From Psilocybe cubensis (lineage: Eukaryota): DNA of 64,000 bases. Location: contig CM039004.1 in assembly GCA_017499595.2 (NCBI GenBank), positions 2,480,001-2,544,000 of the forward strand, read 5' to 3'. Every line of letters starts with the position of its first letter. Position 1 is the first letter of the stretch. The position numbers were made by a program, and so were the translations under genes. This document shows, piece by piece, positions 1 through 10,972 of the stretch. Below the pieces are notes generated by a model, which was not told the origin of the DNA, did no database searches, and saw only the letters and a list, made by a program, of their open reading frames with translations.

Positions 1-1463
1 TTGAATATCACACGCCAACCATGTACCATTACGGAGAAATAAACCAGGGCCTATGTATTGGGAAAGGTGCTTTGACCCCATTCTTTCTTGGCACCATCTG
101 CAGTGCGTGGCGACAAGTCGCACAGGACACCTCACAGCTCTGGTGTGCCGTCATTGTGTATATGAATCAGCGGCATGCAGATTCACAAGCTGCCCTGCTC
201 AAATCATGGCTCAAGCGCTCTGGACAACGTCCCATCTCCGTGAAGCTTGTAGAGGGAGACAAGGCGAATAATCGAGACGCTGACTGGCCCACAGACGTCA
301 CGGATATAGAAGGGGATGCCAACCACGAAAGAGCCGACCGGTGGCCCGCCGATTTCGTCGATGTCTCGTCAGCTGTAATCAACGTACTCGCCTCCCACTC
401 AAAACAATGGCACACAATTGATATATTCGTCCCTCACTCATGGAAGTTAGAACTTGCAAAAGTGCGCCATAATATCCCTCTGTTAACGAGCTTGACGCTG
501 CGCGTGGCAGACACCTGCCCTTCACTTGCATACATCGACGTATTCGCCTACGCCCCCCAGCTACACTCGGTCCACCTGGTAGGGTACTCAGTCACAGATA
601 TCTGTCTTCCTTGGAAGCAATTGTGCCATCTTGAGGGGGAATACTTCAGTTCATGGGATTGCCTCAAAGCCATGCATCTTGGGGTACGACTTAGGAAGTG
701 CCAGTTCGAACAGCTCTGTCACGGATTGGAGTTTACCACCTTCAATAGCCGGCCTATCAAGCACGAGTATCTTACTTCGTTCGAATTGTTGATGAAGACT
801 ACGCACGAGCTCGATACCTTTCTCAGCTCGCTGATGTTACCTAATCTGAAAGAACTCGTGGTGTCGCTATCCGATGAAGAGTCTCTGTTGTGGCCCATAA
901 TCCCGCTGATGCGTCGTTCAGATTTCAAACTACAGCTTCTTCATCTCCTTGGCACAACACCGGATGAAGAACAATTGATCGGGTTTTTAAAGGTGCAGCC
1001 GTGGATTAAGTCTTTGATACTCCTCAACCCACTGGTTACCACAGGTGGAACTCTGGGCTATAGCTTTATTGAAGCGATGACGCCCATGAAGGCCAGAAAG
1101 GAATATGACCAGCCAATAGCCTATCTCCTTCCAATGCTTGAGCATTTTGAGTATCAAGGCGCCACATCGTTCACTCCACACAGCCTTGTTCGTCTTCTTT
1201 CCAAACGGTGGCAAACAGGTGCGCAAATTTTGGGTGAGGCCCCAGTTACACATCGTCAGCCACTCCCCTACCCAATCCCTGCAGTTAAGGTCCTTCAAAT
1301 GCAAAAAGTCGAACCAGCTCTTCTCCGCTCAGTGACCATCACCATTTCCAGGGCATGGAATTTAACATTGTCTGACACACAGATAGTTCAACGTCTTGAG
1401 GAAGAGGGCATGCATATCCAACTTCTCGAATTCCCCTCTCGCAACCGTAGGAGGCGTATTTAG
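1..1463 (+). CDS. F-box-like/LRR-type protein, 5'-truncated by the window edge
   Basis: Intronless 480-aa ORF whose frame is open back to base 3. It contains the agaricomycete F-box-like tail TPFFLGTICSAWRQVAQDTSQLW, then WLKRSGQRPISV and LRR-like segments (LPWKQLCHL, LPNLKELVV, LLPMLEHFEY). Confidence 0.8.
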   Translation, partial: EYHTPTMYHYGEINQGLCIGKGALTPFFLGTICSAWRQVAQDTSQLWCAVIVYMNQRHADSQAALLKSWLKRSGQRPISVKLVEGDKANNRDADWPTDVTDIEGDANHERADRWPADFVDVSSAVINVLASHSKQWHTIDIFVPHSWKLELAKVRHNIPLLTSLTLRVADTCPSLAYIDVFAYAPQLHSVHLVGYSVTDICLPWKQLCHLEGEYFSSWDCLKAMHLGVRLRKCQFEQLCHGLEFTTFNSRPIKHEYLTSFELLMKTTHELDTFLSSLMLPNLKELVVSLSDEESLLWPIIPLMRRSDFKLQLLHLLGTTPDEEQLIGFLKVQPWIKSLILLNPLVTTGGTLGYSFIEAMTPMKARKEYDQPIAYLLPMLEHFEYQGATSFTPHSLVRLLSKRWQTGAQILGEAPVTHRQPLPYPIPAVKVLQMQKVEPALLRSVTITISRAWNLTLSDTQIVQRLEEEGMHIQLLEFPSRNRRRRI

Positions 1464-2272
1464 ATAGCCATCCCTGCTGACATTTCATTACCAATCACCC
1501 CCAATTTGTTACAAAAAATTTGTCTAGTGTGCAATATAACTATGGCTTTTACTTTCAACAGACCAAAGTCACTTATTTAAGTATGTGAAAGGTCAAGGTT
1601 AAACGCTACAGGATTCCATTTCTACGTAGCGTGCAGAGGACCACCAGACACGAATCTGCTTTAAAACGAGTAAGGACGAGTTGAAGATGTGCAAAGATAC
1701 CGCCACCCACGTTTAGGTATACGGTTTGTGGTTTGTCTAGGAGGGACTACGTTGTAGGAGGATGCTGGCGGGCGAAGGTATACCTCTTGAGATCTTTTGA
1801 CGATGACCCTTATCTCAAACATGCCCAGAACCTGCCATAGACAGTTTATGGAACGGTGAATATGTTCAAAAGCATAACTTAGGAGTCAGGGTCGGGTCAT
1901 TACTTGAATCCTGCGAGCCTAATGCCCATTTCCATCCCGGGAATCCCTTTCTTATCGCACCTGATTGAGATTTAATCATCAACGCAACATCTTCTCAACC
2001 TCATCGGATATCTGATCCTCCGACTCCGATATTATTTGGACCGAGGCGATTTGAAAAAGTGCGAGGGATAAACCAGAGCATAACTAGATGGGTGGATCGT
2101 AATTAAGGAGGCGAAATCCAGTCTGGAAAGCGAAACAAAGAGAAATGGTGACATAAATTCAATTCGATATCAGCAGCCTGCCGAACGTTTTGGGGCTGCT
2201 TAATGGGGTTTCTTAAAACATATCATTCTCGACCACGGCCCTACTGGTAGTCATCCCACGCCGTCAAGAACA

Positions 2273-4069
2273 ATGATTGCAGGGTCTTGCAAGAATCTAA
2301 ATAGACCCGCAGAGAAATCTCTTCAGTTATCAACCGGTACTCTTCCATAAGTTTTTTCGAATCAGCGTTACAAGGCCTCATGAGCTTAGCACTTGATTCC
2401 GTTTTTTTCAGGCAAATAATGTCTTTTCCTACTCACGAAGTCATTCATTCATGTTGCATTAACCCTGATGGCTTGCAACTCATCACTGGAGGTACGGAGG
2501 TATGCTGAGATACCTGCAACCTTCGATGAAAACTAAAGTCCCAACCCTTTCTTGACTTCAGGAAGCTCCAACGCCGTTAAAGTGTGGTCAATTTCCAGTG
2601 GTACCCTACAACAAACAATATATATTGGCTCAGAAGTAACTTGGATATCTTGGGCGAGGATAGATATCAAGTTTGACAGCTTTTGGGTGGGTTCTGTTGA
2701 CGGGTCAGTCAACCTATATCATTGTCATAGAGCTCGGGCCCCCAATTCCCGTTTTTTTGGATCCCTATACAATACCATCAAGGGACAGTTTTCTTTGAGA
2801 CAACGGATCAAGGTATGCACACTAAACACACATACACCCTGCTTGTTGGTGGCTGAGGGCATACAACAGGTTCGAAGCCACGTTCACTACTCTTTAAGCC
2901 TGAAGTTTTCCTTGTCTGGTCCTGTTGAAGGGATTTCTTCTGTGGAAAACATTGTAGCGGCTGTCGGAGACAAAGATATACAGGTATGGGAGGTAGAGGC
3001 GCATCCGGAAAAGGGAAGCCCTGCGTCTCTTCGTTTTACTCTGTCCGCGATAGAAACACTTCCAGGAAACCAAATATCGCACAATCATATTCCCGACGTA
3101 TCCTTAGGACTTTCACACGCTATCTTAGCCCAGAAGCGGATTCATTCCGTTCACTGTCTCCAGAACTCGATGCTTCTGGTCTCCTTTGTTGACTCACAAC
3201 CAACAGGACAAGAAGGTGTTTTGTGGGTGAGCTTTTTCATGCAAAATAGATGATACCAAAATTGTGTATACTAGGGCCTTATACCGTCTGCGACCTTGGA
3301 GATTTTTCCGAGCAGTTGTGATTAACCGGAGAATGTAAGCCCTCCTTCATCCACTACCATACCTCTTCAGCTCATGTTGAAAAATATTCTATGTCGTTAG
3401 AGGGAAGTTGGCCGTTAGTCAAGACCAAACCAGGCTCGCTTTTACAAATCTTCTCAACGGTGTTGAGTTATTCTCTTTACCAAAGCTCCAATATATCGGA
3501 TCAATCGCACAGAACATTTGTCCGAAGTTGAATGTCACCGTTGGGGTTGTCTATTTAGACAACGATTTGGTGGTTGCCGGGGATGGAGGATGTTTATCCA
3601 TTTACCGCATTTCAGCAAACTGCCCGATTCACCGGCTTCAAGGACCGTTAGACGAAGGTATGTATGCGTGATACTCCCATCTTAAGCTGGCTAATGCGCC
3701 ATTTGCAGATGTCTATCGTAGCATTGATGTGAGTCATTCACTTGCTGTGGAAAATCAATGATTAATGCGGTATTTGAGGTCTCCACTGCACATCACATTG
3801 TTATCGGCGGATCAAATTCAGGGTTAATCACCGCATGGAAATGGGAGAAGGTGACTTGATAACTCCTGGCTGTATACCGGAACACTGATATCGTATGACA
3901 GATGACTGCACGTGGAAATATGAAAGAAAGACGTTTTGTTGAAGGTCTCTGGTACTGTTTCTGTGTCGCCCTGTCACTCCTTTTATTCATCTCCATCCTC
4001 CTTGCCTGCTACCTTTGGCATCAAATACGGCTCACACAGACCTCGCGTCTCTATTCTTCCCCTCGTTAG
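2273..4069 (+). CDS. Multi-exon WD40-repeat protein with a C-terminal hydrophobic (TM) tail
   Basis: Spliced reading gives WD-like blades: HSCCINPDGLQLITGG / SNAVKVWSISSG, VAAVGDKDIQVWEV, AVSQDQTRLAFTNLLNGVELFSLP, IVIGGSNSGLITAWKW. The last exon encodes LWYCFCVALSLLLFISILLACYLW, with TAG at 4067-4069. The start is uncertain. Confidence 0.65.
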
Positions 4070-4722
4070 TTCCATATTTATGACGATATGTAGTTACCTA
4101 TAGAATTTTAATGTAATCCAAATTTGTTCCTGGGCAGAGGAGGGATTCATTGGCTGTGATTTCTGAGTAACGGTCGCAATTCCGAATGCGCTGGCCATCC
4201 ACCAACCTGTCCATTGCAAGAAATATTTTGTTCAGATAACCGTAACCGTGTGGGTACGACGTTGTAGCAGTGTTTCTATGTATAATAACGGATATCGCAA
4301 GTGCCTCACGGTGATCTCTGACTCGGCCTATTTACCAACTGAGGACTGTTTGATTTCTGTTCGATCTGGGGCACAACGCCTGCTGTATCTCGATCTGTAA
4401 CAGCAACTCCGAGGATGGCCTTCGCATAGTTTGAGTGTAAATCGGGTCCAAGCCGAGGTTTCCAGAGAACATATATACCACGGGACCATCCAATGTATTC
4501 ATCAGCATACTCAAGATGTCTCCAATTTCATCCGGATCTTCCGAGGGCCAAACTCGACCTAGTGTCGGGTTTTTAATTATCTCTCGACCATACACAACGG
4601 AATTGCAACATTTAGGATCATATCATCAGCTCTGTTATTTGACACCAGCAGGTCAATGGACTCTGGCAACGACTGGAAAAATGAGCGTTTGTGTCTGGCT
4701 CGGACCTGGTTCATAATTCCCT

Positions 4723-5466
4723 ATGGACGTTCACTACTACGTACTGATTCCTGTGAAAAAATTGCAGATCAGCTTACCATCGACATCCCAGACCTTGTCG
4801 TTTTCTTCATATGGCCGGGGAAGAAGATTATCTTGCGAATCTCCATGTAAGTGCAGCAGTGTCAAGGGCGCTGAAGGTGCGCTAAGGCAAAAGTTATGGT
4901 GTAGTCTCAATTTCACAAACCCTTCCGACCTTACCGTCATCGATTTAGACAGACCGAGCCAAGAGAATACCATGTCGCCCGAGACAAGCATCATATTTCA
5001 CGAACTCCTCAACATCAACACCTCCCCGTGCCTCTTGTTCATTGGCCAAGACAAAGACATTGGCATAGATACGATCTTCAAAGAATCCGACTCCTTATCC
5101 TTTGCAACATTCACACTTAATACTGTAATCGGTGGCATGGAATTCTTTGAGAGGCATATTGTTGAAGGGGATGCGCTTCACTCTGAGACTCTCAAGAAAT
5201 GGTTTGCCATCACTTCCCAGGCGCTAAATGACCAGGATCCAGCAACTTTTCTATTTGATCCCACCATACTGCTGGTGGGCGTGATAAATCACATTAGGGC
5301 CACCATAATCAACAATCATACCTTTGATATCCAAGGGAAAAAGTCAATTGCGATCCCTTTCGCTTTCATTCGCAGTTGGTTTGACATCCTGTTGGCTTTA
5401 CTGAAAGGACCGGAGAAAGATATCACGGTTAGACAGCTGCTTGATTTAGGGAGGGTTGTTAACTGA
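4723..5466 (+). CDS. Hypothetical protein (likely start Met about 4972)
   Basis: Open 247-codon frame. The C-terminal ~165 aa has globular, helical composition. No family recognised. Confidence 0.4.
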   Translation: MDVHYYVLIPVKKLQISLPSTSQTLSFSSYGRGRRLSCESPCKCSSVKGAEGALRQKLWCSLNFTNPSDLTVIDLDRPSQENTMSPETSIIFHELLNINTSPCLLFIGQDKDIGIDTIFKESDSLSFATFTLNTVIGGMEFFERHIVEGDALHSETLKKWFAITSQALNDQDPATFLFDPTILLVGVINHIRATIINNHTFDIQGKKSIAIPFAFIRSWFDILLALLKGPEKDITVRQLLDLGRVVN

Positions 5467-6275
5467 GGTGGCGACGGGGTGAATGCACAGGAGTAGATGA
5501 AATAGCTGTAATGATGATGAAATATTCGCTGCGTCAGCAGGGATCAAGAGCTGTTGACTTCCCAAGTTTGTTGGCGCCGCCTACTGATGCTGTAGACGTT
5601 GTACAATTACACATAAAAAATTTCCTTGATAACAACCCTGCTCACCAAGCGGTTCAGAATGCATGACACACGCCGGTTCGGCCATGCGACCACAACCAAC
5701 TGCCCGCAGCACAAGCACCCCAACTCAAACGCCCAAGCAGGAATTCATCATCTGTAAGCGAAACATCGACGGACGAGTTACCTCGCATGTGACAGAATTC
5801 GTTGAGCTCTCGAGCGCCAGCCGATTTGGTGCAAAGGTCAGGAGAGGTGGGGTGGGCAAAACCCAAGAGTTGGCACGGTAAGAACAATGGAAGGCCCATG
5901 GTCGTCGTATTTCAGCATTGTGGCGCCGCGTAGTTCCACAGATGCAACCGGTTGCGTTCCTGCGGTGTACTGACTGGAAGGATGGAGTGTCTGAGGAGCA
6001 AACCTGCCATGCTGGCCAGAGCATCACGTCAATGAAATTGAAATCGGGTCAGTATTGCAGTGGCGGCCAGAGTCATCTGGCGGAAGTGGTCTCACCGTGT
6101 AAATACATAGAAATGGGGTTGAGGATCGCCACCTGGATCCGTAATTGTGAGTCTGCCATGAAAACAGTCGGCGCTATCCCTTGAAGTCTGAAAAAAGGAG
6201 ATGGAAAGTAAAAAAGGGGAAAAAAAAATCAAAATACCTCCTTCGGCTCAACCCAGCGTGAATTCATGAGACGGT

Positions 6276-6771
6276 TTGAGTACCAAGGGTGTGGAGACTC
6301 GAACAGAACAGCCGCAGGATATGTCAGAGCGCCCCGGGACCATTGACGGCAGCCGTGAGTTCAACCGTGTACATGTATGGGCAGTGGGCGGGGACGTGGC
6401 GGTTACCTTGTGGAAAGGATGCGAAATAGAGCGCGCTGCGAAGTTGTTGGTGATGGAGAAAAAACGAAGACAATGAGTGAATTTTGTGCGGTCTTACGGG
6501 CGCATGCAGGAGCAATGTTGGGCCAGTGCCTTGACCCCCCCGTTCGTTCGCACGGAGCGTGCCGAAACTTACCTGCATGTCGACTCAGAGGGACGCCCGA
6601 AGGCGTACTGCATTTCTGACGTCCGACATCTATGTCGGAATCGCGGGGTGGGGGTGATGAGAGCAACAACGCGCCTAACGACGATGACGTGGTGGGTTGG
6701 GTCGTCGGGCGGGGACCAACCCCGCGCACCGCGTGTACGCCGCCTCCGATTCGATGAACTGGTCGAGGGCC
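6276..6771 (-). pseudogene. Degenerate 5' portion of a TET/JBP-associated gene (relic copy 1)
   Basis: Reverse complement of 6560-6771 aligns by eye with 24358-24515 (e.g. GGCCCTCGACCAGTTCATCGAATCGGAGGCG vs GGCCGTCGACCAGTTCTTCGAGTCGGAGGCG, and the shared CATGTCGACTCAGAG). That segment leads into the recognisable TET/JBP relic at 24.5-25.5 kb. Confidence 0.55.
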
Positions 6772-7509
6772 GCGTTTGGTCTGTTCCCTATGGGTGGTAG
6801 GTGTGGATATGTTGGGACCCAGCCAAAGCCACTCCCGCCAATCCCTGTCTACATTCGAAGCCTACCTGAAACCCCCAGCCCAGGGGTGATCCTTGGTTTT
6901 TCAGGGAGGCTGAGAATGTAGACAGGGAACGGCGAGCTTGGGCATGTACTGTGCGAAGCGCACGCACCTGTGGCATTATTTCGGATCCGCAAAGCAACGA
7001 TGGTGGATGGGTCGTTGTGAACGTGCGGACAAGAATGCTGACCAGTGAGTCGGTGAGTTGGTCTGATCCGGTGTGATGACCAATCATGTATCTGTCACGT
7101 ATATTTGTCACGCTGTTAAGTTTAGGTAATTCTTCCAAAATTCTGCACATTGAAAAGGGGGAAATATCGCGTTGATTCGACGACGGAAACCATCTACATA
7201 CAGCCTAGTTATGTAGGAACATGAAGCACAATACATATTCAAGAGAGCTTGAGTCCAGGAAAGTTTGGCAAAATGCACAAGAGGCGGAGAAAGTCAGGTA
7301 AAGGGTATGAAATGTAGAGACAAATAGGTGGCCTTGACCATGACATAGACCGGCTCGCTAGCCTGTCTCATCTACATACTTATAACACACACCACGCCCA
7401 CGTGAATTATATGTCCGCACGACGCTACTCCAAAGCAACTCCAAAGTAAGCCACTCACATACCAATCCACCAACTGTTTGCCACACAGAGGTCGGACGGC
7501 CGAACTTGT
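6772..7509. repeat. Left arm of a 738-bp inverted repeat (partner 23442-24179)
   Basis: Direct base comparison: colinear, no indels, about 4 mismatches. The ORF track shows the same 120-aa ORF at 6788..7150(-) and 23801..24163(+), differing by one residue. Confidence 0.97.
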
Positions 7510-9344
7510 TCATACCAACGGCCATTTTGGAGGCACCATGATGTATAGCTCTTTTCCGTGCCGCATTTAAATACCCTTAAGTTCTTGCTGCCACAAGACG
7601 TGATACGATTTGCCAATGCCAGGTGACAGTAGCTATTAACGGAAGACCTGATGAACATTATTTGAAGCGACTCCAAATCAGGGAACCGTGTCAGCCATTT
7701 TGACATGTAGGACTATAAACAACAGAAACAATGAGATAAATGTCGAACACAAAAGTTGGTTAAGACGCACACTGAAGGCCTCCCAGTCCCCTGACAGGGA
7801 CCCGGTGTCATTTGTGATACAGGCAAACTTCAGGACCAGGTCATGAATATTGACTGCAACTTGTAGGTGAGTCTTAGAAAAGCATAAACAGCTGTGGGAG
7901 TACAGCCTGAGATGATCTTTGATTGCTGCAGGGAAGTGTATGCAGTGTGAAAATCTGTGGAACGGTGGACCTTGGTGACGGGTAACTGCCTTCACGAGCG
8001 ATTGCACTTCATCGCAGAACACGTGGGTATGAGCACACAGTCGGTTCACTGGCATAACGGTAACACAGGAGAGAATTGACTCATCCGCCATTATCCATCC
8101 GGCATAGTTGGACGAAATGGTGAGTGTGTGGAGGGGTGGAAGCTTGAGGGGAATGGCTTTCAGAGTGACGGCGCTACCGGGGGTACAGTCTCTGTTTGTT
8201 AGAGTTAGATGGCGTAGTTTACTGTTGCGAGAGAAGAAGTAGGGAGGGAAGGAGACTTGGGTTATGTCCAAGAGAACAAACAGCACCATGGTTGACAACA
8301 TGGGCATCTGTATATACCCGAGGACGCTCTGTAGATCGCCAGCTGTGGGGCAGAACAGATTTAAATATGTAATGCATGATCCCCGGAGTAAGGGCTGCAA
8401 GAGAGTTTCTGATGAGGGGCCGTTAAAGAAGGACAGTCCCAACGACATGCATGCAACGCCGTCAATCATACGACGCACTGCATCCTCATTTACCGGCAAA
8501 TGTTGATATAATGTGCTGAGAGGCCCAGAAGGAAATGTGGCATCCGTGATTCCATCGCTTTCTGATCCCTGTTGCATATAAATGTGTGTGCAAGGACCGC
8601 CAACTGAGGCCAAGAATCTGAGAGTAAGCTCTGAAGCTATGAGGGGAAGAATTCCGAGGCAATGCGGGTTAGATGAAAGGCAAATTGACGAAAAGACGAT
8701 CTCCGATTCTTCCAGGAAGCGAAAGAGCACGCTTTGAAAGTAGTACACCGACGCTAAATCAATCGACAAGTTAAGTTGAGCTCCTGTGAAATACCCAGGG
8801 GGAAGGGCGGATAGAAGGATGTAGACAGCCCGGCGAGGACTGTGCGCGGAGATGGAGATCTGCATAAAACGCTCGCAGGAACCATCCCCATACGAGGCAC
8901 ATATAACCCCCCGACGGCGCAGGTACAGGTCATAACAAGGCAGTTGGAAAACTTTGGAAGCACGTGCAAGCGAGAGAATGTCGGTGGCATCAAGGATTTC
9001 GTTGACGACGAGATGGTGGACGTCAAAAGGAAGTTGTAGAAACTTAGATGACAATGTAGCGCGACGTTTCTGAGATCCACAAATTTATATAAATTTCTGG
9101 GATGAGTAGGGTTTAAATACCTTGCATTGCATGTTGCCCTCATCTGTGTCCATTCTTTTCCGTTTGCAATCAATCGATACGTTGCTAATGACGCTCCCTT
9201 GACCCGGTACAGAATCCCCCTGCCAGAGAAGAAAAGTATCGTTAAAACCTTGAAACTTGGTAACCATTTGTCGGTAGGGCGTACCACCAGCAGGGAAATA
9301 AAAGTGTCAGTTCTCTTTAAGAAGTGCTTCAAAATCGACGTCAT
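7455..9344 (-). CDS. F-box-like protein, paralog A (basic N-terminal exons, F-box, LRR-like body)
   Basis: The main exon (~7771-9069) starts KRRATLSSKFLQLPFDVHHLVVNEILDATDILSLARASK. The last exon (7455-7712) reads SYMSKWLTRFPDLESLQI. GT-AG sites fall at the same positions as in paralogs B and C. Confidence 0.75.
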
Positions 9345-9682
9345 GCTATGGGGGTGGAAAGATGGACCGAAGACATACCTCGCCAATTATATTGCTTTTA
9401 AGACAATGACTTTGAGGTGGTTTTTGTTGAACCTATGACTGTGATCAAAACCAGAATGGGGTTCATGATTTTTCTTTTTGTCTACAAGTCTCATACGAAA
9501 GTTACCGTAATAGCGGCTTTTGTGGACGAAAAAAACCCATTCGTATTAGCCGCGTACCTGAAAATTTAAACCAGTTATCTGAAAACAAAGTCATCCGTCG
9601 TTAGATTGAAACTGATTTACCTTGTAGGAGGGCACTTCATCTAAAAGAAGCCATTTTTACCAGTGTTTCTGGATCCCGGCCC

Positions 9683-10294
9683 ATGTCCGACTTCAGCTTC
9701 ATCGGCGGGTGCAACGGAGCTCTTCAATACGAGGTCTCCCTTAGCCGTACACACCTGACAGTGGATCCACCGCAGTCATTCCGAAGGTTGTTAACCTCAG
9801 ATAAGTGGGGGGGGATTGAACCATTCGTGAATACTAGTACGCACTGGAGGCCCCGGATCTCTCCGTTAGGGGGTCTCACAATGCGCTTGGCACGCTCCAT
9901 GACTTTGACAACCCAATTGCAACCAGCTTTTCGCAGCACATATCTATACAGCGAGATTCGATCGACGATTCCCAACCCACGGTCGCCACAACTCCTCCAC
10001 ACTATATCTCCGGTCTGGTCCATGGATCATGATGAGTGGGGCGTAACTACTGTCGACACCGAGTGGTTAAACGTCCTTCGGTTTATCTACCATGTCGCAC
10101 CCCCGAATAACGCCACTTGCCCCATACAACCAGACCGGTGCGTTGTCTGTGGACACAACTTCCTGACCATTGCGGTATCATTACCTTCCTACCCAATACC
10201 CGACTACTGCGCTGTCAAAGATGCCGCGCCCGTCATCCCTGACCACTGGCCTGATTTTCAGCAGCCCACTTGTCTATCTGTTGGTGGTTTGTAA
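9683..10294 (+). CDS. Hypothetical 203-aa protein with a C-terminal Cys cluster (CPIQPDRCVVCGH)
   Basis: Intronless ATG-to-TAA ORF. No family recognised. Weak motif similarity to relics at ~4.4, ~17.1 and ~31.4 kb. Confidence 0.5.
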   Translation: MSDFSFIGGCNGALQYEVSLSRTHLTVDPPQSFRRLLTSDKWGGIEPFVNTSTHWRPRISPLGGLTMRLARSMTLTTQLQPAFRSTYLYSEIRSTIPNPRSPQLLHTISPVWSMDHDEWGVTTVDTEWLNVLRFIYHVAPPNNATCPIQPDRCVVCGHNFLTIAVSLPSYPIPDYCAVKDAAPVIPDHWPDFQQPTCLSVGGL

Positions 10295-10393
10295 AATTCA
10301 TCACCCTCATTTTCACCTACACACCATGCCTTGACCCTTAGGTGTATCTCGCAGAGTATTCCCCACCTGTCTGACAGTTTCGCCTTTTTCCTG

Positions 10394-10690
10394 CAGATAC
10401 TGAACAATGCCATATGTTTGGCATCAACTACCTCAGATTAGCTACCTCATGTCGGCAGCGTTTGGTCGTAGCCGTGTCCACTGAAGGATGGGTGCCTGAG
10501 ACAATTGTACTTCGTCCAGTATGATAGTTGTGTAACGTTGGTACTTTTTCAAGTGCTTCATTCTGGATTTCGGGGAATTCTGCGCATTTAGTCCGTCCAC
10601 GGCCCTTGTACTGATGTTTTTGAAAGCTGCTAATGTCAGAAAGGTATCTGAGGTAACTGATGCCAAACATATGGCATTGTTCTGTATCTG
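10394..10690. repeat. 45-bp inverted repeat pair (10394-10438 / 10646-10690) upstream of the transposase
   Basis: CAGATACTGAACAATGCCATATGTTTGGCATCAACTACCTCAGAT versus the reverse complement of 10646-10690, CAGATACAGAACAATGCCATATGTTTGGCATCAGTTACCTCAGAT: 42/45 identical. Confidence 0.9.
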
Positions 10691-10972
10691 GTATCTGTAT
10701 CTGGTGCTCTTTCAAGTGTGCCATAGCACTTGAATTTAGGGAAGGTGGCGCATTTTGTCTATACACGGTCCTTGTTCTGACGTTGGCAACAGCACCATGG
10801 TCCTTGTACCTCTCTTGTTTACTACTAAGTCTGGGAACGGTTAGGTAGCATTTCTGTTACCGGATTAGACACAAAGTTGACATTGCACCGACCTTCAAAA
10901 GGCACCAGTTTTTAGAGGCGACCGTCGTACAGCTGCTCTCTCTCACATCTACCTACACCCACTACAACGTCT

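Noticed and set aside
6788-7150. The 120-aa ORF duplicated at 23801-24163 as a real gene
   Set aside because: The identity is explained by the DNA repeat. It has no recognisable domain and may be only the upstream or 5' part of the TET relic.
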